Source of the DNA: Sphyrna mokarran | Taxonomy: Eukaryota | NCBI GenBank assembly: GCA_024679065.1 | Contig: JAGIQG010000023.1 | Coordinates: 10,602,001-10,666,000, forward strand | Direction: 5' to 3' | DNA: 64,000 nucleotides | The notes under the pieces: model-generated | Seen by the model: the letters and a program-made list of their open reading frames with translations, nothing else | What the model was told of the DNA's origin: nothing | Database searches by the model: none | Made by a program: the position numbers and the translations under genes | Shown here: piece after piece, positions 34,869-49,900 of the stretch | Position numbering within the stretch: the first letter of the stretch is position 1 | Layout: every line of letters begins with the position of its first letter

Positions 34869-37800
34869 ATGTCACTTCATCTGCAGCTTTTCATTTACAT
34901 ATGTGAGTCCAAGATGGGAAAATTCCAAGTAGTCAGTGGATACAAAGCACTGAGTTTCATTCAATGTTTATTGAAAATGCACACTTGTGTACAAAGGCGG
35001 TCATAACACAATAAGAAAGAGGAACAGGAGAAGTCTGTTCAACCCCTCAACCCTGCTCCAACATTCAAAAGGATCATGGCTAATCCCAACATTCTTCTTT
35101 CCTGCCCTTTCCTCTTAACCCTTGATTGCTTTACTAATCAAACATCTATCTATCTCAGTCTTCAATATACACAAGGGCTCTGCCCCCCAAGCTCTCTGTG
35201 GCAAGGAGCTCCAAAGATTCACAACCCTCTGAGGTAAGAAATTCCTCCTCATCCCAATCTTAAATTGGTGTCCCTTGATTCTCAAACCGTGCCCTCTGGT
35301 CCTAGACTCTTCCATGATGGAAAACATTCTCTCAGAATTTACCCTGTCCAAGGCCCTTAAGAATCCAAGATACTCAATGGCCTGGAACATGGATGAAAGA
35401 ATGCCAGCTGTGTTCCTGGATCAGAAACAGTCGGCAGAATTTTCCCATTCCGGCCGCCATGGGAATGTAGCAGGAGGGGGCGGACCGTGAAAAGGGCCAT
35501 TGACTCAAGACGGGATTCTTCGCGCAAGTGTGGCTGGAAAATCCCACTCAGTGTATTGTATTGTAGAACCTGGAACCCAAGATGGGCACCAGAGCTATGG
35601 GCACCACTCGCAAAATAGAAAGTTCCCCCTACCTCAGGAAATTTGAACAACATCACTGTTTGAGGTTCTGGCAAACACACTTCAGCACTTACATGCAGGT
35701 ATACCTAACCATTCTTTCACCGATTTTTTTTTTGCCAGTGTCTCTCAAAGTATTTCACTTCATTCGTTTTTGACAGTCCAGTTGCTTAAATTAATTTCTC
35801 CTTCAGTTCCCTAGGGGAGCAAATGAAGGGTTATATGAAAACCTCAACTACAAAACATAAATACATCAGAGCTGGATTTGAAGCTTGCTCGGAAGATTGA
35901 CTAATTTCTATATGAATGTCCAAAATATTCCCACTTGCTTTCCAAAGTTACTTTGCAATATTGCATTTTTTTATACTTTATAACATTCTGAAATGCTTTG
36001 TACCACCTCCAGAAATTGTGTGCAAACTCCTTTTATTCTAATAAAAAATAGATAAAATTTCTTGGTTTTTTATTTCAAGGAGTCAAGTTGCTTTTTTGCC
36101 ACCAATGTCTAAATTTTAAAGTTTATTTATTAGTTCCGCAAATACGCTTACACTAACAATGCAATGAAGTTTCTGTGGAAATCCCTGCCTCGCCACACTC
36201 TTCCCTGACACTAAGAAGCAATTTAGCTTGGCCAAACTACCTAACCTACACAACATTGGACTGCGGGAAAATGTGATGTGGAGATGTCGCTGTTGGACTC
36301 GGGTAAACACAGTAAGAAGTCTCACATCACCAGGTTAAACTCCAATAGGCTGATATGGTAGCACAAGCCACTAGTTTTTGGAGAGCTGCCCCTTCATCAG
36401 GATACCTTGTGATACCAAATAAATCTGTTGGACTTTAGCCTGGTGTCGTGAGACTCCTTACTGTGGAAAGAAACCAGACAACCAAAGAAATCCATTCAGA
36501 CACAGGAAGAATGTGCAATTTCTACACAAACTCAACCAGGAATTGTACCTGGGCAAGTGGCGCTGTGAGACAGCAGTGCTAACCACTGTGCCACCGTGCC
36601 ATCCTGTGTTTACAGCCATCCCTTTCTGGGCCTTGAGACCATTACAGCCTTTGTTTCTGATAAAATCTATTCAAGGCAGGAATGCCGTTCTGGATGGCTT
36701 CAGCCTGCCTTGAGTGGTTTCAGTTTCAGAAGCCTGGGCTCATTGTAGGATGTTTTTAGCATGGCAAGAAACCAACAGGAGGTGCTGTGGGCTGCATAGT
36801 GTCTGTAGTTCAACTGTGACAGTGAGGACCAGAATTCCCGTCAAGAGTTTTTCACACAAAGGGAAAAACTTTTCTATTCCAAGCTCCGTGAAAGGATATT
36901 ATTGTCCTTCAAACACCACAGGAATGATTCCCCCAGCCCTGCTCTGCTGCTTTTGTCGTGCCGTGACCGGGAGACTCGAGCAGAGGCACATTCTGTGGCT
37001 CCTCGCCGGGCCTCACGGCCTCTGTGCATCTCCCATAGCCGGAATTTTGCTGCAGTCACTTCCGCGCCGGGAATTGGTGCAGTTGCATAACGTCTGCAGA
37101 TCCTCATTTGAATATGTTTTAAATCAGCCTCTTCCCTCCCCTGCCAAGAGTATTTCACTGCAGCGGGGTTTAACATATTTCCAAACTGGGACCGACCCCA
37201 CTCGAGAAATGAGGGGCCATCGAGATCTTCCATGGGGTTGGGTACTGTGAGGGGGTTAACCCTGGACATTGTCACTTTGATAATGTCAATCTGGCCCCGG
37301 CACTGCCCAAGGGGCAAAGCGCCATTGCCCGGGAGGGCTTGTTGGCACTCTCCACCACTCATAGGGCAATGCCAAGAGGGAGGGGCCTATTTGAGAGGGA
37401 GGTCTGTTGAGGAGGATTTCAGGGTGAATGAGGGGTGTGATTTGTGATGGGGGTTGCGTTCCGTTGCCACTCTGCACTTTGGGCTGAGTGACAGAACATA
37501 GAACAGTACAGCACAGTACAGGCCCTGCGGCCCTCGATGAGGCGCCGAGCTATGTCCGAACCCAAAATCAAGCTGTCCCATTCCCTATCATTCTGGCGAG
37601 TGATAGAGGGAGGGAGGCCAGCAATCGGTGCTGGCCATTGAGGTGGGAGGGGGGCAGCGTGCTGGGTCAGTCACGACTGCAGGGAAAGGGTTAGAACTGT
37701 GGGGACGGGGTGTCAGGACTGAAGGGATGGGGGGAACCGGAATCAACTGGGAGATCAGGTTAACCGAGGTTGGGTGGGGGTGGGGAGAGACTGGGCCGAG

Positions 37801-40800
37801 CATGTTGGGGGGGCCGGCAATCAAGCCACGTGGTGGGGGGGGCTCATACAGCTGGCGATGTGGGGATTGCGGGGCTAGCCATCAATCAGGAGGCCAGAAG
37901 TGGAAGTGTACTGTACATATATCAATCTCTACTCTGACCGATCAACGTATGCGCAGTGACTCACTCAGCATTACGCTGCTGGCAATGCACACCACCCGCC
38001 CGCTGATTTTTAATCTGATTCAAGCTAGTCCACTCTGCAATGCACAAAGTTGGAGATTCATTTGGAAACTCCCACTGAAAAATCCAGAGGGATTTTCTCC
38101 AGTTTTTACGTGAATTCAACAATTAGATATTTTTGGGGAGATGCAAATCCCGACTCATCCCAAAGGTTTCAGAGATGCAAACTGAAAGCAAAACAAATCA
38201 TACAGTGTTGGTAAAAGTGCTCCCTGGAAAGCTCTTGAAGATTCTCAAGAGAATTCCCAAGCGGGCAGACACAAATTGATGGAGATGCCTCACCTGGTTG
38301 TACAACCATAGAGGGTTCAGCTAAACCAGGCTGATACTTCAGGGCAGTAATGTCCTAGGGAACATAGAACATAGAAGAACCACAGCACAAATAAGCCCTT
38401 CAGCCCACAAGTTGCACTGATCATATCCCTTCCCATTAGGCCTACTTATAACCCTCAATCCTATTAATTCTCAGGTACTCCTCTAGAAGTCTCTTAAAAG
38501 GCTCTATTGAATTTCCTCCACCACAACCAACGGCAGCCGATTCCACTCACCTACCGCCCTCTGAGTGAAGACCTTACGCCTGACATCTCCTCTGTATCTA
38601 CTCCCCATGTACAGGAACATGGAATAGATTGGGGGGAATTCCCTCTCTGAGGTATGTGGAAAAGGGGAGATGCTTTACCCAAAGACAAACAGCACCTGGT
38701 GGACACCAAGGGGGAAATAAAAGTCTGTGTAGAATTATCTACTGAAATATCACAGGGCAAAGCTCAAATTTCTAATCTCACTCAACCCAACAATGCAGCT
38801 TCATAAACCACTGAGGAAAACATGCAGGAGGGAAACTCAAATGTCTCACAAGGATTTAAAAATAATTAATTGCCCAACATCGAGTGACAAATAAGTGGAA
38901 TATTTCTGGTGATAGAAGTGGTCTGCCATTGGCTACTGGTGGGATCTTCCAGTTTTTATTCATTGGTGGGACATGGGCGTCGCTGGCTGGCCAGTATTTA
39001 TTGCCCATCCCTAGTTGCCCTCGAGAAGGTGGTGGTGAGCTGCCTTCTTGAATCGCTGCTGTTGACCCACAATACCGTCAGGAAGGGAATTCCAGGATTT
39101 TGACCCAGCGACTTTAAAGGAATGGCAATATATTTCCAAATCAGGATGGGTGAGTGGCTTGGAGGAGAACTTACAGATGATGTCATTCCCATGCATCTGC
39201 CACCCTTGTCCTTCTAGATGGAACTGGTCGGGAGTTTGGAAGGTGCTGCCTAATGATCTTTGGTGAATTGCTGCAGTGTATTATGTAGATGTTACACACG
39301 GCTGCGACTGAGCGTCCGTGAGGGAGGGAGTGGTTGTTTGTGAATGTGGTGCCAATCAAGCAATGTCCCCATAGGGTAGAGACAATTTCCCCTTAGCTGT
39401 TTCAATCTGCTTTAGCTCCCTCTCTTTTCCTGCTTTTAATTCATTCTCAAGCTTCTCCAGCAGGAAGACTCACTCCAACTCTCTTTCTTGGAATCCCCCT
39501 TTTCCTTCCCTGCCTCAAACTCTAACTCTTGCCTCTGTTCCTCCAGATTAATCTTGCCAAGGGTAACCTGCTCCGTGTTGGGATTGTGTCTTCTGCCTGT
39601 TCCAGTTGAGGCCAAGTTCCTCAGTCAGCATTTCTAGTTTCTCAGTGTGTTGTACCCACTTCCTCACAGTGAATCCCTTTGGGCTAGTTATTGATTGAAG
39701 CTGCTCTGTTGTTGGGGCTGGTAACCTTTGCTGAGTTAAATCCCACACTTCCACCAATGAGTTCACATTGAATCGAGCCACCCCACCCTCTAGTGGTAAT
39801 AAACGCACAAAACATGCTGCTCGAGGCTTTTCATTTCAAAGAAACACTTTCAGCTGCTCACTTTACCTTCCTGTTTCCAATTTATTCTTTTAACATCAGA
39901 TTTGGCTCCTTTTAGTTCAGTTCGTTCCAATCTTGGCTACAGCAGCAAGTTCTGATATGGACAGGAGAACAGTGGTTAGCACTACTGCCTCACAGCACCA
40001 GGGAACCAGGTTAGATTCCCAGCTTGGGTCACTGTCTGTGCAGAGTCTGCATGTTCTCCCCATGTCTGAATGGGATTCCTCTGGTTGCTCCAGTTTCCTC
40101 CCACAGTCTGAAAGATGTGCTAGTTGGGTCCATTGTCCCGAACAGGCAGCAAAGTGTGGCCGACTAGGGGAATTTCACAATAATTTCATTGCAGTGTTAA
40201 TAAGTCTTATTTGTGACTAATAAATCAATAAACTTTAACTTTATAAACAGAAACCCTCCAGTTTCCTTCCCTTACTGTCAGTGTGGCTGTTTTTGGAACG
40301 GTTTATCTGTGTGACTCTAAGTTCCCTTTAGCACCTGGTCAGTTTAAAGGAACAGTGGAAGGCTTTCATGGCTTTGAAAATAAAGATTATTTCTTCACGC
40401 ACTCCTCTGAAGAAGCCTAAATGTCACCTTATTCACACAATGAGTAGAGCATTACTGGGTTAAATATTTATTTCAGCTCCAAGGAATGGGACCTGCAATG
40501 ACAGCCTGAAAATCATGCTCCAACCTTTGGAAAAGCATGGAGTTCATCAAAGGCACTCAGATGCAAAATGTTTTCATTTTTTGTGGAGACTTTAGGTCAC
40601 TGGGTGGATAAAGGTGGTTACATCCTACCAGGGGTGAAGTTCAAGATTTAAGAAATGTTCAGGATATTTCTAGCTCAGATTTGCTTTGGGGCTTAACCAC
40701 ATCTTCTAGAGCAGAATGATGCTTTCCAGAGAGTTTCTCTTACCAGATGGCCGTAGCAATGATCTTAACCACTCGTCAGCACCTTGCTACTGACATTTTG

Positions 40801-41149
40801 ATCTCACTTGCTCTATCGGACTCACCTTAGAAGCCATGCTTTTAACATGTAAGTGTAACCCACTTTCAGATGTCTTCCTCAGTTTTACAATTCCATACCC
40901 TATTGTTCTCTACTTTATTGAGCTAAATATCTGGTTGCCTTGCTGCTGAGCTAATTCATGTATCAAAACTTTCCAGACAACTACAATACCCTTTTACCCA
41001 ATTCTTTAAACGTTATTTTATCAGGATTTCTTGCATCATTATTTCATCCAATTCTTACATCTTTACTTTATTCAAGCTTAAGTTTCAAGTATTAAAAGTT
41101 TATTTGAAGTTTATTTATTAATGTCACAAGGAGGCTTAATTTAACACTG

Positions 41150-41448
41150 GAGAAAATACACAACTCTCTAACAATGCTCAGGATCCCCTTCACACACATT
41201 GTTAGCCACTTTAACACTTGAATAGCAGGTTAGATGTAAGGATTCGCATTCTAATCAGCAATCTCTGACTGTCTGTGCTGATGTGTGCTATTGCTGACCA
41301 GAACACTGCACTTGCCTGATGAAGACACGGGAGTGTTGAAAGCTCGCCATTTTACTATCAAATAAATCGGTTGGATTAATAATTGGTGTTGCTAAATTCT
41401 TACTGAGTTCTTACCACTCCAATCCAACGCCGGCATCTTTACATCATG
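41150..41448 (+). mobile_element. Penelope-like terminal-repeat fragment with hammerhead ribozyme core; present only in copy 2
   Basis: CTGATGA(41316)-A-GACAC-GGGA-GTGTT-GAAA(41341), then AATAAA and TCCAACGCCGGCATCTTTACATCA, the same terminus as the 6396 element. Confidence 0.65.
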
Positions 41449-43718
41449 AATGCCAGGGACCCAGGTTCGAATCCCGGCTTGGGTCACTGTCTGTGTGGAG
41501 CTTGCCCTTTCTTTCTGTGTCAGCGTGCGTTTGCTCCGAGTGCTCTAGCTTCTTCCCACGTTCAGAAAGATGTGCTAGTTAGGTGCATTGGCCATGCTAA
41601 GTTCTCCCTCAGTTTACACGAACAGGCGCCAGATTGTGGCGACTGGGAGAATTTCACACTAACTTCATTGCTCAGTTAATGTAAGCCTTACTTGTGACTA
41701 ATAAATAAGCTTTGCTTAAAGTTAGTGTGAAAATCCTCTCGTCGCTACACTCTGGCACCTGTAGGGGTACATTGTGGGCAAATTTAGCATGGCCAATGCA
41801 CCGAACCAACACATCTTTTGAACTATGGGCTGAAAATGGAACACCTGGAAGCTTCCTGACACTTTACAAAGTCATGGTGATTAAACTCCAGCCTTTTGCG
41901 TTTTCTATGACACTTCCTTTCAAGTGTCTCTGCTTGGAATGGGCCTTGGCACCTTTTCAAGTGCCAAATTCCTTGTCCTCTCAGGAGAGGGGGCCAGCCA
42001 AATGTCCTTTGTTCAGACGTTGGGCATGTTACAGCATCAACAGTTTTTGATCCATGGCTTTACTTGTACTTCCTGTTTAAACAGGCCTTCCAACACTTCA
42101 ATACGCCCTCATCAGTTGGTGAAGCGTAGCTGGTACCCTGTCTTTGTGTCCATTTTCCTGAAAACATTTAGAACAGTGAGTAGAAGAAGTACAAAATCAG
42201 ACAGAAAGCAAATCCTGATCAGGGTGGAGTTAGAGAAACAAGTCTGAAGTTAAAACAGGAAGTTCAGATGAAATAACACCATCGGAAGTGGCTGAGAAGA
42301 CAACCAAGAATAGTCATGAAAATGTGTGACCTTGCACATGCTTAGTCAAGATGTTTGATGCTGGAAATGTTACATTTATACACAGGCTTCCTGTTTTAAC
42401 TTCACAGATTCACAAAGATTAAGGAGGTTAGAAAGAACCAAGCGAGTTTGATGAATGGGATATTTGGGATGCGGATAAATTACCAATAGTTACTGCAACA
42501 CAAGGGACGGCTGAATCCTGTTCAGATCCAGGTCACAGTCAGACAGATAGGCGTGACTGGGAAGGTGGAATTTCGGGGGTGGGGGCGGTTTGCAGGGACA
42601 GGAATGATGCACTGATCCAATAAACCTTCAGCTAGGTGTATAAGGAATGGAGACTGACTCAACTCAGCGACAATGTCTCACTCATGATAAAACTTTATTT
42701 AAAACCCAAATGCTCCACCACACAAAGCCCTCAGCTCACAAGCCTGTGACAACATCTGGCCAATATCAAAAGAAAGAAATCTCACAATCCCAGGTTAAAG
42801 TCCAGCAGGTTTATTTGGCTGGACTTTAACCTGGTGTTGTGAAACTTCTTACTGTGCTTACCCTAGTCCAACGTCATAGAAAACCCATTGAACTGAGGAA
42901 AATATTCATGTGACTTCAGCTAAATGAATGTGGGACGGACCATTGATCGCATCCAATGCTTCAGCTGAGGAAGATCGGCATTTTCAGCTGGGGTGGAGGT
43001 TTGGGAAGGGGCAGAGGAGGGGCACAGGGATTGATGATGGCAGGCTAGGTGGTCTTACTAAATGTTCAGATATTGAATGTAGCACTGTAGCCTCTGCAAT
43101 TGATTTGATTTCTTTTTATTTATTATTGTCACATGTATTGGGATACAGTGAAAAGGATTGTTTCTGCGCGCTATACAGAAAATGCATACTGCTCACAGAG
43201 TACTTAGGGACAGAGGAAAGGAGGGGATGCTGAATATAGTGTTACAGTCATGGCTGGGCTGCAGAGAAAGAATCGTTCAAACAGTAAAGGTCGATAGAGT
43301 TCTGATAATAAATGAATAGAAATCTGATAAGTGCGGTCTCTTTGGACCTCAAAAATCTGAGGGAGCAAACATCCCAGTTCCAAACACTATTTATGTGCTT
43401 TAATTTAATACACCCTCAGTCCTGTTTCTCTTTAACTCTCTGAAAACCAACTCACACTGATTCCCATTCCTCCAATTGAATTGTTGATCATGGCCCAAAC
43501 AGGATGCATCGGAATTAATTTCCCATGTAAAGCACAAGAAGGGTGATTTATTCCTTCAACACACGTTGCAGCGAAAAGCAGAGCAACCAGAAGTTCCAAC
43601 TGAAAATGTATTTACAAAAAAGGTGTCTTTCTTTTAATAACATCTTCATGTAACATTGTACTTTGACAATAGTCAGCCAAGGGCAGATCATTTCCTGCAA
43701 CTGTACCCGTTGACATCA

Positions 43719-43880
43719 ACACAAACCACGTTGTGAAAGAGTGTGGTTGGTCAACTTCTCTGATCCTTTGGTTTTGGGGAGGTAGTTCCACTGCTATCAG
43801 GAAGTAAATGATTCAGTGCAGATTCTTTGTCCGATTTAGAGACACTCGTGCCGAAAACCGTAGAAACTTTCGCCGGGACC
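43719..43880 (+). promoter_or_regulatory. Putative promoter of gene C
   Basis: Copy of 13545-13706. Confidence 0.55.
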
Positions 43881-43920
43881 ATGAGGTTCAGCGCGTTGCT
43901 GCTCCTCACTTCCATATCAA
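43881..43920 (+). CDS. Gene C exon 1: signal peptide [13 protein letters not shown]
   Basis: Identical to 13707-13746. Confidence 0.85.
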
Positions 43921-46900
43921 GTAAGATTTTTCAATTCTAAATTTAGAATGATAGTTCAGGCTTATGTAGAATCTGAGGAAAACGGCTCAAAGTTCTTTAC
44001 ACAGGACTAAAGAAACACAGACTCTGGGCCAAAGGAGAGCAGACTGAAAGGGTGAACCTAAAGTTCAGTCGAAGAGATGGGTTTTAAAGAGGCGGAGAGG
44101 GATTTAACGAGGAGGAGAGGTTTGACAACAGAGTTGCAAAATGTTGGATCTAATTGAAAACACAGCCATGAATGGTGGGGCACTTGATTTCAGAGGAATG
44201 GAAAGACTCCTCTGGGAGGGGGATAGTGGAATATCGGAGTACATTACAGGACTGTGAACAAATGAGTGCAATTTACAAATTAATCTAGAAATCCACATGG
44301 CGCTCACTCCTGCCACCCAGAGATAGCGACAGGAAAAGAATCCATCATACCTTTCATGCCTGAAGTAAAGAAAGAGAGGAAGATGGGGAATAAGGACAGC
44401 CTAGATAGATCTCCCTGAGAGTTCTGCAGTTATAATAATGGGCAGTAGAGTTTCTTTCTGTGCTGTGAAATACGGGAGTGACAGTGTGGTTAGCACTGCT
44501 AGCTCACAGCGCCAGGCACTTGGGTTCAATTCACAGCTTGGGTCACTGTCTATGCAGAGTCTACACACTCTCCCCAGGTCTGTGGGTTTCCTCCGGATGC
44601 TCCGGTTTCCTCCCACAGTTCGAAAGATGTGCAGGTTAGATGCATTGGCCAAGCTAAATTCTTCCTCGGTGCATCCAAACAGGCATTTGAGTGTGTCGAC
44701 TAGGGGATTTTCACAGTAACTTCATTTCAGTGTTAATGTCAGCCTACTTGTGAATTAATAAATAAACTTTGCTACGTTGCCCACATGGAAATCAAATATG
44801 TCAGGATACAGATTAAACCCATTACTTCCTAAATGTCATGTCGAAGAAATTCTTGCCTGCGCCTTCAACTATTTTTCCTGCCGTGCTATCTATTGAATAA
44901 GATAATACATTCTCATTTCTGACCAATTAACATCCCTTCATAATATAGATCAACTTTACATTTTAGATATTGCGTTTCTGCTTCAAATACGATTAAAGAA
45001 ACACAGACAAAACTTCTGGGGTCTAAAGGAGCCTCTATATTCAGAGAGAATGTGGCTTCACATGACCCAGGTTTTTATCTTTATCAAGTATTTATTAGGC
45101 TGGGAAGGCGAATGAGATTACAGTCCTGGTGCTGAGATTCTATAATTGAGGCCATTTCCTTATTCACTCCTGCTCACGGTGACACAAAGGCAGAAAGGAC
45201 GTTACTCAAAAAGCTGGATATATTGCTCCTCCTGGGAGTGTACAGGCTTCAAGTTGACTGGCTTGGCCTCACCTCAGTAACAGGATGAGGGGCTTACCTG
45301 CAGAATGTGCTTCTCTCTCTCAGTGAGTTGGTGTCACATTCCTGTACCCCACTCCCTACTGCAATGGCAGCTGGCCCAGAACACATCCAGTCACCAAATG
45401 CATCACAAAGATGGTCGCTGTCACGATTGGCTCAATCCTGAAGGGGCTGCTCCAAAGTATGTGTGTACTTGGAATATTGTGTTCAATTCTGGTCATCTCA
45501 CTACCAGAAGGATGTCGAGGCTTTGAAAAAGGTACAGAAAAGATTTACCAGGATGTTGCCTGGTATGGACGACATTAGCTATGACGAGAGGTTGGAGAAA
45601 CTTGGTTTGTTGTCACTGTATCGACAGAGGTTGAGGGGAGACCTAATAGAAGTCTACAAGATTAAGAGACGCATGAATTGTCAGTGGATAATCAGAAGCT
45701 TTTTCACAGGATGGAAGAGTCAATTACTAGGGAGCATAGGTTTAAGGTGCGAGAGGTAAGGTTTAAAGGAGATGTACAGGCAGATTTTTTACACAATGGG
45801 TGGTGGGTGCCTGGAACTCATTACAGGGACATGTAGCGGAAGCGGATATGGTAGTAGCTTTTAAGGGGCATCTTCACAAGTACATGAATAGGATGGGAAT
45901 AGAGGAATATGATCCCCAGAAGATAGGGGGTTTTAGTTCAGTCAGGCAGTATGGTCAGTGCAGACTTAGAGGGCCGAAAGGCCTGATCCTGTGCTGTAAT
46001 TTTTTTTGTTCTTTGTTCTGTGTTCACAGAACACACACATGCACACACATATATGCACGCACGTACTCACACACGAAAACATGCACACACACACAAACAC
46101 ACACACACATACATACACATTCACACACATGCATATACACACATGAACATACTTACACACACACATACACTCAGACAGACATGCATGCGCATAGACACAC
46201 AACCACATACACACACACACATTCACCTACCCTCACACAAATACATGCACACACACTCATACACACATATATATACATACACATGCACACACACCCAAAT
46301 AAAAATGTGAACACACATATATACACATTCTCACACAAACACACACATGCACACACACTCACACACACATCTACATAAATACATACACACACACCAGCAC
46401 ACACATTCNNNNNNNNNNNNNNNNNNNNNNNNNNNNNNNNNNNNNNNNNNNNNNNNNNNNNNNNNNNNNNNNNNNNNNNNNNNNNNNNNNNNNNNNNNNN
46501 NNNNNNNNNNNNNNNNNNNNNNNNNNNNNNNNNNNNNNNNNNNNNNATGGCATTCATGTACATGCACACATACACGCACACATTCACATAAACACATGGG
46601 CGCACACACACAATCACACACACACAAACACATAAAAACACACACACATGCGCATACATACATACACACACATGCATACAGACATACACACACACAAGCA
46701 CACGTGCAAACACGTGCGCACACATGTGCAAGCACACACACATACAGATGCGCACATGCACATACACACACAGACACTCATACGCATGCGTGCGCACACA
46801 CACATACACACGTGCGCTCATATGCATGCGCACATGCAGACACACATACTCACATAAACACACACATGCATACACATGCATGCACGTAAACACTGACACA

Positions 46901-49900
46901 TATGAGCATACACACTCACATACACATGCACACACACATACATGCATACATGCACATCATTCACATACACAAGCGCACACACACACATAACCACTCACAC
47001 AAACTCACACACACTAATACACACACAAACAGATACACACAAACAGTCACATGCGTGCAAACACACATGCCTCTCTCGCTCCCATACAGACACACACAGT
47101 CTCACTCCCAAGGGCACACACCCTCTCAATCCCTCACACAGAAATGCAAGCACACTCTCTCATTCCCTTACACATAGGCCCTCACTTATTCTCAATCTCC
47201 TTCTCTCACACACACACACACATACACATACACACTCACACATTCTCCCTCTCTCTCTCTCTCTCTCCCTCTCACAAAAACACTATCCTTCTCTCACTCC
47301 CACACACACTCACTCACAGATACGGGGCTCTGCTCAACACAGTCTCATTCCTGAGCCTTGTGGCAAGTTCTCCTCCCCAGGACTTCCTCACCCTTGTCCC
47401 CAGGCCCAGTTTGGAGGTGCTGGAGTTGAATTCCATGCACTCTGACAGTAACACCCCACTGGTGGAAGGGCAGGTTGAGAGGCAGTTGTGGGACTCTTGG
47501 GATTTTAAATATGAATATTAATTATAAAAATGAGGAGTTACATTAAACCTTTACTGCTCACTTGTTAGGTCTCTGCTGGAGTATTGGGTACTCCAATAAT
47601 GAGGATATAAAAAGGGGAGGCACAGCGGCACAATGATTAACACTGCTGCCTCACAGTGCCAGGGACCTGGGTTTGATTCCTGGTTTGAGTCACTGTCTGT
47701 GTGGCATCTGCACGTTCTCCCTGTATCTACGTGGGTTTCCTCAAGGCGCTCCGTCCCACAGGCTGAAAATCTTTCTGGTTAGATGCATTCTCCCTCAGTA
47801 TCCCTGAACAGGTTCCGTTGTGTGGCAACGAGGGTATTTTCACACCAACTTCATTGCAGTGTTCATGTAAGTCTATTTGTGACTAATGAATAAACTTTAC
47901 AATTCTGGGCACCACACTCGAGGAAGGAGGTTAAGGCCCTGGCAAGGGCACAGAGCAGATTTACCAGGATGGTGCCAGGGATTAGGGAATTTGGTTATGT
48001 GAACAGATTGGAGAAACTGGGATTCTTGTCCTTGGAAAAGAGCAGATTAAAGGGAAATCTAATCAATATATTGAAAATGAGGAAGCGATTGGACATGTGT
48101 TTGGAGGGGACTAATGTGCATGGTTGTTAGGGAAGCTGGGCCTTGGGATTCAATTGACCAATAAATTTCAATGAGCTGGCACAGACATGACAGGCTGAAT
48201 GTCCTCCATCTCTGCTTTAAGATTCTTGATTCCAGTCCCACCCAGGACTTGTGTGTGTCCCCTTGTGAAGCACTGGCAGCATTGCACCAAAAGGATTGTC
48301 TACAATTGGGTGTTGGGATATTTCCAGCTTTCTTAAAACGTTATGTTTCACCAACAGTTTTACAGACACAAACTGCCTCGATAGAGATGAAAGCTGCAGT
48401 GGGACAAACCATCACTGTGGAATGTCCAGGGGCAACACGGTACAAACACCGAGAAATCTGGTGGTGTAAGAGAACTTCAGCTAATTATTGCAATCTGATA
48501 TTGAGCACTCATGGAGATAATATAAGGAATGATGGAAGAACATCGATCGTTAATACCAACGGTAAAATTTCTGTAACCATAAAACAACTTCAGAAGACAG
48601 ATACTGGAACATACTGGTGTGGAGTTCAAAATGAAAAAGATTTCAGTGTTTTAGATGTTATAACACTGCAGGTTTTCTCAGGTAAGAATATTTCAGAAGA
48701 TTGATTTTAGCTCTGATAATGTGACCCACTGCAATAACACAGGGCTGCTGCTGTGTGCTGTGTGAACTCAGATTAATAAAATATCACAACTCCTCATGTA
48801 CAAGTAGTGACTTCACATATTCCCATTTCTATCCATTTCCATTAACCTATTTCTGCATCCTTTCCATCTATATTCTTACAAACCAAAAATCATATTCCAC
48901 CCAAGGCTCTTTCATTGATTCTTTCATGCGATGAGAGTTTCTGGAACAGCAATTATTGAACATCCCTAATTATCCTGAATTGCCTTCTTGAATCACTACA
49001 GCTCATGAAGTGTACGTACACCCACAGTGATGTTAGGGAGGGAGTTCTGGGATTAAGCCAGTGACAGTGAAGGAACGGAGATAGATTCCCCAGTCTGGAT
49101 GGTGTGTGTTTTGGAAGGAAGCTTGTCAGTGGTGATTGTCCCATGCACCCAATTCTCTCCTTCTAGGTGTTAGATGTCGCAGGTTTGGAAGGAGATTTAA
49201 TTCATTGCTTTCTATCTCCATAGTAACTTGTAATAGATCGAGGGTGACTTAATGTGGCTTGAATCAATAAATGTTTTATTGCCAACAATAGCCCATGCTT
49301 GCCTTCATCGGACTGGGTGTTGAGACGAAAAATTGGCAAATTATGTTACAGTTGTTTAAAACATTGGTTAGGCCACATTTTGAATATTGTGTCCAATTCT
49401 GGTTACCACACCATCAGAAGGATGTGGTGGCTTTGGAGAGAGTGCAGAAGAAGTTTACCAGCTTGTTGCCTGGTATGGAAGGTATTAGCGATGAGGAGAG
49501 ATTGAATAAACTGGGATTGTTCTCACTGGAAATACACAGGCTGAGATGAACTAGTAGAAATTTATAAAATTATGACAGGTATAGATAAGAACATTTGGAC
49601 TATTTCCCAGGGCAGAAAGGACAATTACAAGTGAGCACAAGTTCAAGGGGGGGAAGGTTCAGTGGAGATGTGCGGGGGAAGTTTTTTCACACTGGGGATG
49701 ATGGGGGCCTGGAATACACTACCAAGTGAGATGATTGAGGCAATTACTTTAGTCGCATATAAGACGTATATCGATAGACACAGGAACAAACAGGGAATAC
49801 AGGGTTATAAACGGTTGGTTTAGAGAGGCAAATATGAACAGCGCAGGCTTGGAGGGCCAAAGGGCCTGTTCATGTGCTTACCGTTCTTTGTTCTTTGTAA

